Positions 55,652 through 64,000 of a DNA stretch of 64,000 bases are shown one piece after another. The notes beneath the pieces are model-generated. The model was given only the letters and a program-made list of their open reading frames with translations. It was not told the origin of the DNA and made no database searches. How positions within the stretch are numbered: position 1 is the first letter of the stretch; each line of letters opens with the position of its first letter. Origin of the DNA: Candidatus Woesearchaeota archaeon (GTDB taxonomy: Archaea > Nanobdellota > Nanobdellia > Woesearchaeales > UBA10216); the NCBI GenBank assembly GCA_043807015.1, contig JAZDGJ010000028.1, positions 1,537 to 65,536 of the forward strand. Reading direction: 5' to 3'. The translations under genes and the position numbers were made by a program.

Positions 55652-56950
55652 TTAAAGATTGCTCTTTTTTCTTGGCGTTCCTGCCCGCCTTCTAGCATAG
55701 TTCACAGGGTTCCTAACCCTGCACACTGCAGAATCGCATTTTATCCCCATATCGGAATAATATGCCTTGTTGTCACAGTTCGGCGGCAGTATTGCTTTTT
55801 TCTGGTATTTCTGATAGCGGAGCTGCCCGACAATGTAGACGTCCTTAAGCGGCTGCTTGTTTTTCAAGTTCCATTCTTTCAGCCTTTTTTCAATGCTCTC
55901 AAAGTCCCATCCGCAGCTTCTCAGGAAGTTTGAGAGTATGAACAGGCTTCTTTTCCTTCCATCGTCTACTCCTTCAAGCAGTTTCAGTATGCAGGGAGGG
56001 AAAAATTTCTCTGGGATTGCCTCCTCAGGGATATCATATTCTTTCTCCTCAGAAGCCTTTTGTTCTATCTTTGGAGAAAAGTCCATTGCCTCTGTGAGAA
56101 GCAGCGCTGCCTCGTTCTTTTTCACATTTTTCCTGTCAATGAAAACCAATCCTGCCTTGACTTTTGAGGGCATTGCGCTTTCCTTGCTGAAGCTCAGGAT
56201 CTCTTCTTCCTTTATCGGTAGGGAAACAAGACCTGATTTTTCGTGCAGGGAATATGGCATCCTGTAAAGGTGCCTTGAAGAGATAAGCAGCGTGTCTATT
56301 GCAAGGAATGGCTCAACATTTAGGATTAATGTCTCGCCTGATTTCATCCTTATCTCTTCCTGCTTCTTGCCTGTCTTCTGCATTATTGCCGAGAAGTCAT
56401 TTTTCTCAAGCTTCATTATTGCCTCGCCAAGGGGCTTTTTTATCATCTCCTTGATGTAAAAAGCAATTCTTCTTGCTGCTTCAGGAAACATAAGCCTTGT
56501 CTCAATGCTGCCGATTTTCTCAGGAAACGCCTCGTATGGCACGCCTATGTGAAAGCCCTTGTTGCCTGAGAACTTTATTGAGCAGGATTTTATGCCCATT
56601 TTCTTCAGTGTCTTGGCAACAAGGTCTGCAGCAACCTTTGAATATTCTATGAACTGGCAGTCTATGTCCAGCACCAAATCCCACCCGGTTCTTAAAGCTT
56701 CAATTTCGCTCTTCTGCATCATTGGATTCAGCTGCATCGGGTTGCTCCACAGCTCTTCTGAGGCGTGAAAAGAAGTCGCGCCCTGCTTTGCAAACTCAAG
56801 TATGTCTCTGGGATAGTTAAGAACATCAGGCCTTTTGCCAAACTGATCGTTAAACCTTACGGCAACTTCCTTGTTCTTGGCATGCTCAACCATCGTCTTC
56901 TGGATATCTTCCCTTTTGTAGTAAGTCAGAAGCGTGCTGAGGTGAATCAT
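55652..56950 (-). CDS. priS: DNA primase small (catalytic) subunit PriS with C-terminal Cys-containing extension
   Basis: DLVLDIDCQ (catalytic Asp motif) and FSGNKGFHIGVP (SGxRGxH). 432 aa versus the usual ~340. C-terminal PPNCDNK...IKCDSAVC. Confidence 0.8.
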   Translation of the reverse strand: MIHLSTLLTYYKREDIQKTMVEHAKNKEVAVRFNDQFGKRPDVLNYPRDILEFAKQGATSFHASEELWSNPMQLNPMMQKSEIEALRTGWDLVLDIDCQFIEYSKVAADLVAKTLKKMGIKSCSIKFSGNKGFHIGVPYEAFPEKIGSIETRLMFPEAARRIAFYIKEMIKKPLGEAIMKLEKNDFSAIMQKTGKKQEEIRMKSGETLILNVEPFLAIDTLLISSRHLYRMPYSLHEKSGLVSLPIKEEEILSFSKESAMPSKVKAGLVFIDRKNVKKNEAALLLTEAMDFSPKIEQKASEEKEYDIPEEAIPEKFFPPCILKLLEGVDDGRKRSLFILSNFLRSCGWDFESIEKRLKEWNLKNKQPLKDVYIVGQLRYQKYQKKAILPPNCDNKAYYSDMGIKCDSAVCRVRNPVNYARRRAGTPRKKSNL

Positions 56951-57003
56951 ACATTCTTGGAAAAAGGGTAATGTATTTAATAGTTGTTGCTTGACATATC
57001 GCT

Positions 57004-57369
57004 ATGGCGGCAGTTGAGAAACAGGAATTTCAGGAAATGATCCAGAAACTCTCTTCCTCAGGCAAAGCCATAATCGTTGAGGGCAAGAAAGACAGGAAAG
57101 CGCTTGAGGCATTAGGATTACAGAACAGGATTTTCATCTTGGGCAGACCTTTATACGTAGTGGCCGAAGACGTAGCTACTACTACGAAAGACGTCGTTAT
57201 CCTTACTGATTTGGACCGCAAGGGAAAGGAGCTTTATGGAAAACTGAATACGCAGCTGCAGCGCCTGGGCGTCACTGTGGACAATAAGTTCAGGACTTTC
57301 CTTTTCAAGAAAACAAAGTTCAGGCAGATTGAGGGGTTAAGGTGTAACATTTTTGAAGGAGTCCTTTGA
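57004..57369 (+). CDS. small standalone Toprim-domain protein
   Basis: IIVEGKKDRKAL (Toprim Glu) ... VVILTDLDRKGKELYG (DxD). ATG 57004 with TATA gtatttaatag at about -25. Last 50 nt antisense-overlap small paralog A. Confidence 0.6.
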   Translation: MAAVEKQEFQEMIQKLSSSGKAIIVEGKKDRKALEALGLQNRIFILGRPLYVVAEDVATTTKDVVILTDLDRKGKELYGKLNTQLQRLGVTVDNKFRTFLFKKTKFRQIEGLRCNIFEGVL

Positions 57370-57679
57370 AGTCTTCAAATGTGGAAACAAGGCCTACCTC
57401 TGACTTTATTGCTTTATTCCTTAATATTCCCGCCAGAATAATCTGCAATGACTTTGCTTCGTTTATATTGTCGGACTCAATGTGGCATGGAGAATCATAA
57501 GGTCTTCCGCCAAGAGAATTTGGGTAAGTAAGTACCCCGTGATAATTCCTGATTTCAGTTACGTAATGCCCTTCTTTGCATTCTGGTTCAAGGGTGCGCA
57601 GGGTGTAACGCATTCTGTGAAGCTTGATAGAATTGATGAATGGTTTCCGCGCCGCCTTAACTCTTGCCTCAATCCCCAT
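57320..57679 (-). CDS. hypothetical small protein, tandem paralog A (119 aa)
   Basis: MGIEARVKAA...ECKEGHY...GGRPYDSPCHIESD...EAK...TPQSA. Own duplicated TATA upstream. Confidence 0.5.
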   Translation of the reverse strand: MGIEARVKAARKPFINSIKLHRMRYTLRTLEPECKEGHYVTEIRNYHGVLTYPNSLGGRPYDSPCHIESDNINEAKSLQIILAGILRNKAIKSEVGLVSTFEDFKGLLQKCYTLTPQSA

Positions 57680-57741
57680 AGAAACGGGAAATCAAGCCAC
57701 GCTTTTAAGGTTTATTAAAAGAATAAGTCAGAAAACAAGAT

Positions 57742-58113
57742 TCAGGCAGATTGAGGGGTTAAGTGTGTAGCCGCGTCTTTTAAAGAAATGTACCGTTCTT
57801 TGAATTCTCGAAATGTATCAACAAGGTCCGCCTCTGTTTTCTTATTCCTTAGCATTTCAAACAGAATAGTATGCAACGCCTTTGCTTCGCCTCTTTTGTC
57901 GGACTCAATAAAGCACGGAGAAGGATAAGTTCTTCCGCCAAGAGGCTTTGGGTAAGTAATAACTAAATGACCATCATTCCCGATCGAAGTTACGTAATAA
58001 TGCCCTTTTTGGCATTCTATCTTATAGGTGAGTAGGGTGTAAGTCATTCCGTCAATCACGATAGTATCGGTGAGTGGTTTCACCGCTGCCTTAACTCTTG
58101 CCTCAATTCCCAT
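57742..58113 (-). CDS. hypothetical small protein, tandem paralog B (123 aa)
   Basis: MGIEARVKAA...ECQKGHYY...GGRTYPSPCFIESD...EAK...LTPQSA. About 50 percent identical to paralog A, with conserved N- and C-termini. Confidence 0.5.
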   Translation of the reverse strand: MGIEARVKAAVKPLTDTIVIDGMTYTLLTYKIECQKGHYYVTSIGNDGHLVITYPKPLGGRTYPSPCFIESDKRGEAKALHTILFEMLRNKKTEADLVDTFREFKERYISLKDAATHLTPQSA

Positions 58114-58172
58114 AGAAACGGAGAATCAAGCCGCACTTTTAAGTTTTATTATAGGAATAATCAAAAAGCAGC

Positions 58173-58682
58173 TTAAGCCGCAGCTTCTGACTCTATCTCC
58201 CGTATCTTTTCTTTCAGGAAGTCAATCGTTCTTGCGTTGTCCTGCTGCTCCATTACGCAGCCGCATTCAGGGCATTTGAAGTTCGCTTCTGCAGCCTTGT
58301 CAAAGTCCATCCTTGAGCAGGCTTTTGGGCAGATGTAGAAATTGTTAATGTTTGCTTTTTCAGCTTCAAGCCTTTGCCTGAAGTGCTCAAGCTTCTCCTT
58401 TTTCAAGCCGTCAATGAGCTCCTTTATCCTGTTCTTCTGGAAAGTCCAGTAGCTAATATACCAGCCCTTTTTCCTGTCCTTCCTGCGCTTGTAGCTAACA
58501 AGGTTGTAAGTGTGAAGCCTGTAAAGCACGTTCCTGACTACTTGGATGTCTTCTTTGAAAGTGCCAGCCATCTTAAACTCAGACACGTCCTTCTTTCCCT
58601 TTAGAAAGCGGACTATCTTGAGTGCATCCTCGCCAATTATCTGGCTGATAACGTCATCTGTTTTCTTGTCAGTTATTCTCAT
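58173..58682 (-). CDS. transcription factor E (TFE) paralog, copy 2
   Basis: WH (SEFKMAGTFKEDIQVVRNVLYRL ... KGWYISYWTF) plus Zn ribbon (CPECGCVMEQQDN). About 40 percent identical to copy 1. Confidence 0.7.
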   Translation of the reverse strand: MRITDKKTDDVISQIIGEDALKIVRFLKGKKDVSEFKMAGTFKEDIQVVRNVLYRLHTYNLVSYKRRKDRKKGWYISYWTFQKNRIKELIDGLKKEKLEHFRQRLEAEKANINNFYICPKACSRMDFDKAAEANFKCPECGCVMEQQDNARTIDFLKEKIREIESEAAA

Positions 58683-58841
58683 CGTCCTAACCTTCTAACT
58701 ATGTTTTAGTGCGAACGAGAGCCCAATCCCTAACAACCATAGGCTCTTGCACCCCCGGCACTCTTACTGGTGTTTTAGATATAAATACATTCTGCTTCTG
58801 AAATATATATTTCAGATAATTATTTTCTATATTGAATATTA

Positions 58842-61031
58842 TTATCCTTCGTACTCCTTATCCATAATTCGCCTTAAGTCTGCTGCTTTCTTTTCTCCTA
58901 TCTTCTCCACTTCTTTGAGCTCTTCTTCAGAGGCATTAGCAATTTTCTTTATGCTTTTGAAGCGCTTAAGCAGCGATTTGGCAATCACTGACTCCACCCC
59001 TGGAAGGGCAGAAACAATGTATTCCTGAAGCTCGTTTTCAGTTAATGGCTTTTTCTCAGCATGAAGCGAGAAGCTTTCCTTTTCAATCTGTTCCCTTTTT
59101 GCCAGCGCAATCAGTATTCCTGCAGTCTCATTGTAGTCCTTTGTTTTCAGCAGGGGTATTCCATAGCTGCCAACAATCATTGCCAGCATGCCCATTATTG
59201 CATTCGGGTGCACATTTCTGACAGAGTAGATGTCTTCCTCGCCTTCTATGAGCACAAGCGGCCTTTCAAAGTTATACTTCAGGTTCTTCATCTGCTGGAC
59301 AAGCCTGCCGTCAAGTATTGAATTGACAAAGTCATCAGTCCTTTTCACCTCTACCCCCACTCTGCTGCTGCACAAATAGTCTGCAACTTGGAGAGTCGTC
59401 ATCTCAACATCTACGCCTTGCTCTATCAGCTCTTTAATCACTCCAGAGCCCTTTTCCCTTACATCTGCGATTATTTTCACTTTCGCGTCTGTGTAAGTCT
59501 TTAGCGGCTGCTGCTTCTCCAGCTTTATGTGGTCTTTCAGATTCTCAAGTATTCTGTGCATTTTCCTTTCCTTTCCTTGTGAGACATACCTGAAAACCTC
59601 ATCCCTTGTATTCCGGGTAACGAGTATTATCACCCTCCCCTTCTCCTGCCTTCCAGTCCTTCCTCTTCTCTGTATATGCCTTATGGCAGAGGGGATTGTC
59701 TCATAGAATATGACCAGGTCAACTTTTGGAATGTCCAGCCCCTCCTCGCCGATAGAAGTTGCAATAAGTATGTTGAAGCTGCCATCCCTGAACAGGTCAA
59801 GCAGCTCCTTCTGCTCATTCTGGCTCATTCCTGTTTCTCCCTTTTTCATCTGCCCGACAAAAATCTGTGCTTTGGCGCCTTCAGCCTTGTCCAGTTCCTC
59901 TTTTATCCTCACCGCAGAGTCCCTGTATTGCGTGAAGATAATCATCTTCACTTCCTTATCTTTCCCAATCTCATTGGTAACAAGCCTCTTGAGCTCTGCT
60001 ATTTTCGGGTGCTCAATTTTGTTCTCATACAGCCTTTCAATTTTTATGAATGCAGACCTGAAGTTTAAGTCTGCAACAAGGTTCTTGACCGCTTTTACTT
60101 TTGAGCTGGCTGCCTCCAGCATCAGCTTCTCCATGTATTTGTGCAGTGATGCAATGCCCTGTGTCTCAAGCAGTTCCAAAGCATGGCTTGCCTTTATTGC
60201 CTCAGCCAGCAATGAGATTGACTTCAGCACCGGAAAGTCTCTGTTGCCGCGGGCCATTTCGCCATGAAGTGATGCCTGCAGCTCCAGCAGTTCGATTTTC
60301 CTTACTCCAGATGCCTGCCTAAGAAAACCGTATTTTTTGACTTCCTCAAGCTTTGACTTTATGCAGCTCTCAAGGAACTTCTTTATCTCAAGCATTTCAA
60401 CTGGCAGGTCTACTTTTACAAAGTCTATCTGCAGCTCCTGCACGTATGGCTTTACGTCAGGGTCATTTTCTGTCCTTACCTCAATTTTTTCAATTCCAAG
60501 GTTCTTGCAGACTTCCTTTATCTTCTCAAGGTCGCTTCCTGGCGAAGCTGTCAGGGCAAGTATTCTTGGAAACTTTGCAAGCTTCAGGTATTGCTTTGCA
60601 ACCCATCCGTAGCTGTAGTCGCCAACTGCGCGATGCGCCTCATCAACACCCAAAAGCGAGACTTCCTCAAGGTTTACTTTCTTGTTTATTATGTCATTTT
60701 CCAAGCCCTGGGGCGTGCTGAATATTATTTTTGAATTCTTCCACAGCGCAGCCCTTTTTTCAGGCGAAACAAGCCCAGTCATGATAGCCATCTTATCCTC
60801 TTCAATCTCAAAGTGCCTCTTGAACACCTCAAAGTACTGCTCAATAAGCGGCCTTGTTGGCCCAATCAGAAGTATCTTTGAATCAGGATGCTGCCTCAAC
60901 CTTTGTGCCGCAAGCATAAGGAATATGTTTGTCTTGCCCATGCCAGTAGGCAGCACCACAAGAGTGTTGTAATTCACGGCAGTGCCAAGTATTGTTTCCT
61001 GGTAGAGCCTTGGCGTAAAGTCCTTAATCAT
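58842..61031 (-). CDS. hef: Hef-type helicase-nuclease (FANCM/XPF-like: SF2 helicase + ERCC4 nuclease + HhH)
   Basis: LVVLPTGMGKT Walker A, DEAH, helicase C motifs. ERCC4-like VGVEVKRTDDF. C-terminal HhH (IANASEEELKEVEKIGEKKAADL). Confidence 0.8.
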   Translation of the reverse strand: MIKDFTPRLYQETILGTAVNYNTLVVLPTGMGKTNIFLMLAAQRLRQHPDSKILLIGPTRPLIEQYFEVFKRHFEIEEDKMAIMTGLVSPEKRAALWKNSKIIFSTPQGLENDIINKKVNLEEVSLLGVDEAHRAVGDYSYGWVAKQYLKLAKFPRILALTASPGSDLEKIKEVCKNLGIEKIEVRTENDPDVKPYVQELQIDFVKVDLPVEMLEIKKFLESCIKSKLEEVKKYGFLRQASGVRKIELLELQASLHGEMARGNRDFPVLKSISLLAEAIKASHALELLETQGIASLHKYMEKLMLEAASSKVKAVKNLVADLNFRSAFIKIERLYENKIEHPKIAELKRLVTNEIGKDKEVKMIIFTQYRDSAVRIKEELDKAEGAKAQIFVGQMKKGETGMSQNEQKELLDLFRDGSFNILIATSIGEEGLDIPKVDLVIFYETIPSAIRHIQRRGRTGRQEKGRVIILVTRNTRDEVFRYVSQGKERKMHRILENLKDHIKLEKQQPLKTYTDAKVKIIADVREKGSGVIKELIEQGVDVEMTTLQVADYLCSSRVGVEVKRTDDFVNSILDGRLVQQMKNLKYNFERPLVLIEGEEDIYSVRNVHPNAIMGMLAMIVGSYGIPLLKTKDYNETAGILIALAKREQIEKESFSLHAEKKPLTENELQEYIVSALPGVESVIAKSLLKRFKSIKKIANASEEELKEVEKIGEKKAADLRRIMDKEYEG

Positions 61032-61228
61032 GCCCTAAAGTAGTCTTTCCTGTTTTATAAGCTTTATCCGTGGTTGTCCAGTGTGCCAGCAAAGTCTGGC
61101 TACCTTGCGCAATATGGGACATCACTTCGTGAGTCCCATGGAACGACGAAGCTGCAGTATTTAGCTGCAATGGCGCCTGCGGGCGCACGTTGAAAAACAA
61201 TATATAGCTCCTAAGTAGAGTTCTTCCC

Positions 61229-61855
61229 ATGTACCCAAAAGCCCAGTGGTGGATGGAGCGCTCGTTATTTCCAGAATACCAGCTTGCCTATGATGAAATC
61301 CTGAAATACATCCCGAAGTGCAATTACCTCCTTGATATCGGCTGCGGAACAGGCGAGCTTCTAAAGCGCGTCTCAAAATCCCAAAAAGCCAGATACATCA
61401 CAGGACTTGACATCTCAAAAGAGCTTCTCGCAAAGGCAGCCGAAAACCTAAGATGCTGCAAAGTCAATCTTGTCTATGACAATATCCTTGACACAAAGCT
61501 TCCCAAGGAAGCATTTGACTGCGTTACTTTCACCTTTCCGGCAATCGTTGCGCCAAAAAGCCTTCTCACAAATGCCTCTCCTGAGCAGGTCACCAGAGCG
61601 CTTCTTTACAAAACTTTGGCAAACATTGCATCCCTGATAAAGAAAGGCGGTACTTTTGTCCAGGTGGAGTTTGATGCATATGATGAAAATCCTGAGGCAA
61701 ATGCCCGCGTTATCTACGGGCAGCTCTGCAGGCAGCATGGCTTAACCCTCCAAAGCCTAAAGTTCTATCAAAACGAGAAAATAACTGATGTCGTTGACAT
61801 AAAAAAGGAGGCAAAATACAAGGGATATGTTGTCATTGTCTCAAAGAAGCCTTAA
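61229..61855 (+). CDS. class I SAM-dependent methyltransferase
   Basis: LDIGCGTGELL motif I. TATA aatatatag at about -25. Confidence 0.6.
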   Translation: MYPKAQWWMERSLFPEYQLAYDEILKYIPKCNYLLDIGCGTGELLKRVSKSQKARYITGLDISKELLAKAAENLRCCKVNLVYDNILDTKLPKEAFDCVTFTFPAIVAPKSLLTNASPEQVTRALLYKTLANIASLIKKGGTFVQVEFDAYDENPEANARVIYGQLCRQHGLTLQSLKFYQNEKITDVVDIKKEAKYKGYVVIVSKKP

Positions 61856-62169
61856 ACCCCGAATTTCTTGTGGGCGTAATAGCTGCCCATAATTCCAGCA
61901 ATAAATAACAGCAGAATCAGCACTGGCGAGCCTTCTTTGTTGCCTATTATGTATCCGAGTATGAAGCCGGTCATCAGCAGGATGTGGGGAAAAAAGTTGT
62001 CCTTTTTCTTGTGGTATAGGATTTTTCCAGACGCAAGCCCTGCCAGCAGCACTGTGCCATAGCTCAGGAAAACGTTGTTTATGAAGAGTGACATAAGGAA
62101 GCCTATGAGAAGGAGTATTATGAATGATACCTCAACCCAGTTTGTCAGGAACTCAAAGGCTTTTTTCAT
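61852..62169 (-). CDS. small membrane protein (3 TM)
   Basis: Hydrophobic ORF of 105 aa. Confidence 0.35.
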   Translation of the reverse strand: MKKAFEFLTNWVEVSFIILLLIGFLMSLFINNVFLSYGTVLLAGLASGKILYHKKKDNFFPHILLMTGFILGYIIGNKEGSPVLILLLFIAGIMGSYYAHKKFGV

Positions 62170-62203
62170 CCGATAGCATTAATAACCTGTTTTTTATCCC
62201 GCT

Positions 62204-62485
62204 ATGAAAATGAACCCGCTGCTTGTCTTCATGGCAATACTTGACCTTGTAGCAGCCCTTTCGCTGATGCTTATCCAGTACAGCTTTTTTCCCGCCCGGT
62301 TCGCTTATGTGTGTGTTGTTTACCTTGTTTTTAAAGGTTTTCTATTCTTCAGTGATGTTGCTAGCAAGATAGACTTGATTATCGGGCTATACCTTCTTTG
62401 CTCAGCAATTTTCGGGTTCCACAGCTTTGTAAATTACATCATGGCAATATACCTTGTCCAGAAAGCAGTACTCAGCTTTTTTTAG
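62204..62485 (+). CDS. small membrane protein
   Basis: Hydrophobic ORF of 93 aa. Confidence 0.35.
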   Translation: MKMNPLLVFMAILDLVAALSLMLIQYSFFPARFAYVCVVYLVFKGFLFFSDVASKIDLIIGLYLLCSAIFGFHSFVNYIMAIYLVQKAVLSFF

Positions 62486-63236
62486 GCCACCCGTCGCCGT
62501 GCCAAAACTGGTCATTCATGACAATTGCTGCAACTATTGTACCAAGGACAAATCCGATTGCCAGTATCCATATCAGGCTTAGCCAGCCGGTCAGCAGAAG
62601 AACACCAACAACAGAAACAAACACAAAAATCGAGAAGTATATTATCCTGCTTGCATAAAGCAGGTTTACTCCGTCAAGCGGCGGTATGGGCAGAAGGTTT
62701 GTTATCGCAAAAAGCACATTTATCAGGATCATTTTGTGCACAAACGCATCCGGAAGAAAAGTCATCATCTTGAAAATCATCGCCACGAAAAGGTTTGCCA
62801 GGCAAGCCAATGCCGAGACCCTGCCCAGCACAAATAAACTCGTGCGGTGCCTGAAATATCCCAGCCTGTGCGCCTCCAGCATATGGAACTGTATTCCGCC
62901 GTAAGCAAGGAAAATGAGCTTTCCGTAGGACATGAAAGAAAGAACCAGCCCTGCAATAAGCCCGTACATGAATGGCTTGAATTCAACCCTAAAACCCTGC
63001 TCAAGCCCCATTATCCTTCTGACAGACTCGTGCACAAAAATCGCCACCGCCACTGCGATAAGGCATAAGAAAAAATTGCCAAGCCAGCTGAAGAAATTGA
63101 AAACCTCGCTTGGGTCATTAAAGCCTGCAATAAACGCGAGCAATACGGCAGACGCTACAAGCCATGCCTTCTCAGATGTGCTGAATGCATAATACCTCTT
63201 TATCTTGTCCACAAGGTTGAAAAAACCATAGACCAT
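62472..63236 (-). CDS. site-2-protease (M50)-like polytopic membrane protein; LDG motif present, HExxH apparently degenerate (HESVR)
   Basis: NLLPIPPLDGVNLL matches the S2P NxxPxxxLDG motif. FVHESVRRIMG lacks the second His. Confidence 0.5.
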   Translation of the reverse strand: MVYGFFNLVDKIKRYYAFSTSEKAWLVASAVLLAFIAGFNDPSEVFNFFSWLGNFFLCLIAVAVAIFVHESVRRIMGLEQGFRVEFKPFMYGLIAGLVLSFMSYGKLIFLAYGGIQFHMLEAHRLGYFRHRTSLFVLGRVSALACLANLFVAMIFKMMTFLPDAFVHKMILINVLFAITNLLPIPPLDGVNLLYASRIIYFSIFVFVSVVGVLLLTGWLSLIWILAIGFVLGTIVAAIVMNDQFWHGDGWPKKS

Positions 63237-63242
63237 GGCGGT

Positions 63243-63929
63243 TTAATCGCGCTTGAGCTTTTTAAACTCTTCGCTTAATCTGCTCCTAAGACCTTCCTCA
63301 TGCCCCGCTCCGACAACCGCCACTATTTTCTTGCCCTGCTCAACTCTGCTAATCTCAATAAGGTTCTTTGCCATTATCTCGTCCCTTTCAGCAACCAACA
63401 CCCGATAGATGCTTGGATAGCGCCTCTTCATGTAATTCATAACTCCCGTTATTACTTCAGAAGGGGGCACCTTTGCCAGGTCAAACTTGTTGAGCTCCAT
63501 TACTTCTCCTCTGCCGAGCAATCCGTTGAAAAAATCAGCGGCAAACCTGAACTTTTCCCTCCAGGTGAGGGCTTTTGTCAGCCTTTGGACCGTTACCTCA
63601 ATCCTTCTGTCTATCAGCGCAATTTTTGCTCCGGAATCCCGTGCAGCCATCACAGCTGCCTTCATCTCTGCGCCAGGCATCACGCCAACCATCCTGCCTA
63701 TCTTTTGCTGCAGAATCCTCGCTATGGTAAAGAACAGGTAGCTTGCTATGCCTATCTTGAATATTGCAGAAATTGGGATTGAGCGTTGCTTCTGGAAAAG
63801 CCCCATGAGCCTGTTCGGGTCAAGCTCCACAGCGACTATCTCAGGCTTCTCTTCAGCTATAGTGCGCTTTACCCTTTCAACGCTTTCCTTTGCAACGTGG
63901 GAAGTGCTGACGATGATTATGTTTTCCAT
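63243..63929 (-). CDS. TraB/PrgY-family protein
   Basis: IIIVSTSHVAKESVERV...EKPEIVAVELD matches the TraB family N-terminal signature. Confidence 0.65.
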   Translation of the reverse strand: MENIIIVSTSHVAKESVERVKRTIAEEKPEIVAVELDPNRLMGLFQKQRSIPISAIFKIGIASYLFFTIARILQQKIGRMVGVMPGAEMKAAVMAARDSGAKIALIDRRIEVTVQRLTKALTWREKFRFAADFFNGLLGRGEVMELNKFDLAKVPPSEVITGVMNYMKRRYPSIYRVLVAERDEIMAKNLIEISRVEQGKKIVAVVGAGHEEGLRSRLSEEFKKLKRD

Positions 63930-64000
63930 ACCCTACGTTAACACCGAATTAGTTATAAACCTTGTTTCTTTTAATACTCCTCAACATCCCCTTGGCAATA

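Larger units (their letters stand above)
57310..58165. repeat. two tandem direct copies of an about 425-bp unit (3' flank + small gene + promoter)
   Basis: caggcagattgaggggttaag at 57321-57341 and 57743-57763. ctcttgcctcaat(c/t)cccatagaaacgg at 57661 and 58091 with matching upstream TATA regions. Confidence 0.7.

Noticed and set aside
57320-58113. Calling the small tandem paralogs Hjc-like resolvases
   Set aside because: Only short motif resemblance (GIEAR / PSP..IESD / ECQK). Spacing between putative catalytic residues is too short for a canonical PD-(D/E)xK core. Left as hypothetical.

Overview
The sequence reads as an archaeal chromosomal segment. It carries PolD DP1/DP2, Orc1/Cdc6, an archaeal histone, Hjc, TFE, PAN, and an archaeal-type r-protein operon that includes RNase P p29 and aSUI1. 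Gene content looks reduced: there is no adk or cmk at secY. That is consistent with a DPANN-like or small euryarchaeal genome, but this is inference. The window is dominated by information-processing genes.

(i) Replication core on the minus strand. It comprises a 5'-truncated MCM (plus strand) interrupted by a LAGLIDADG intein, then aIF2-beta, then the operon orc1/cdc6 -> polD small -> polD large. The operon abuts a roughly 260-bp AT-rich intergenic region with inverted G-string ORB-like boxes, which I predict is oriC.

(ii) Genes from about 10 kb to 24.6 kb. These are a TrmBL2-like regulator, TFE, Hjc, histone, RNase Z, tRNA-splicing endonuclease, a winged-helix plus Mrr-like nuclease-fold protein, Fen1, Trm5-like MTase, PAN, TldE/TldD, TyrRS, a standalone Cas4-like nuclease, and RFC small subunit.

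(iii) An uncharacterised, repeat-containing coiled-coil protein translationally coupled to rfcS.

(iv) A five-gene minus-strand cluster at 26.8-33.5 kb. It encodes three tandem paralogous Cys-containing lipoproteins, a 746-aa polytopic membrane protein with a Cys-rich ectodomain, and a bitopic protein. This is the best candidate for an undescribed cell-surface system.

(v) Pelota, acetyl-CoA synthetase, a second TrmBL2 paralog, and PheRS alpha/beta.

(vi) A 29-gene ribosomal protein / SecY operon from L3 to L14e, with structured leader and intergenic RNA hairpins.

(vii) A primase-proximal island. It holds PriS, a mini-Toprim protein, a tandemly duplicated pair of unknown small proteins on a duplication unit of about 425 bp, a second TFE paralog, and Hef.

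(viii) A methyltransferase, small membrane proteins, an M50-like protease and TraB.

No rRNA, tRNA or CRISPR array was found. Several ORF-track starts are GTG or TTG. Where an in-frame ATG with a TATA box at about -25 to -30 was visible, I used that as the start.
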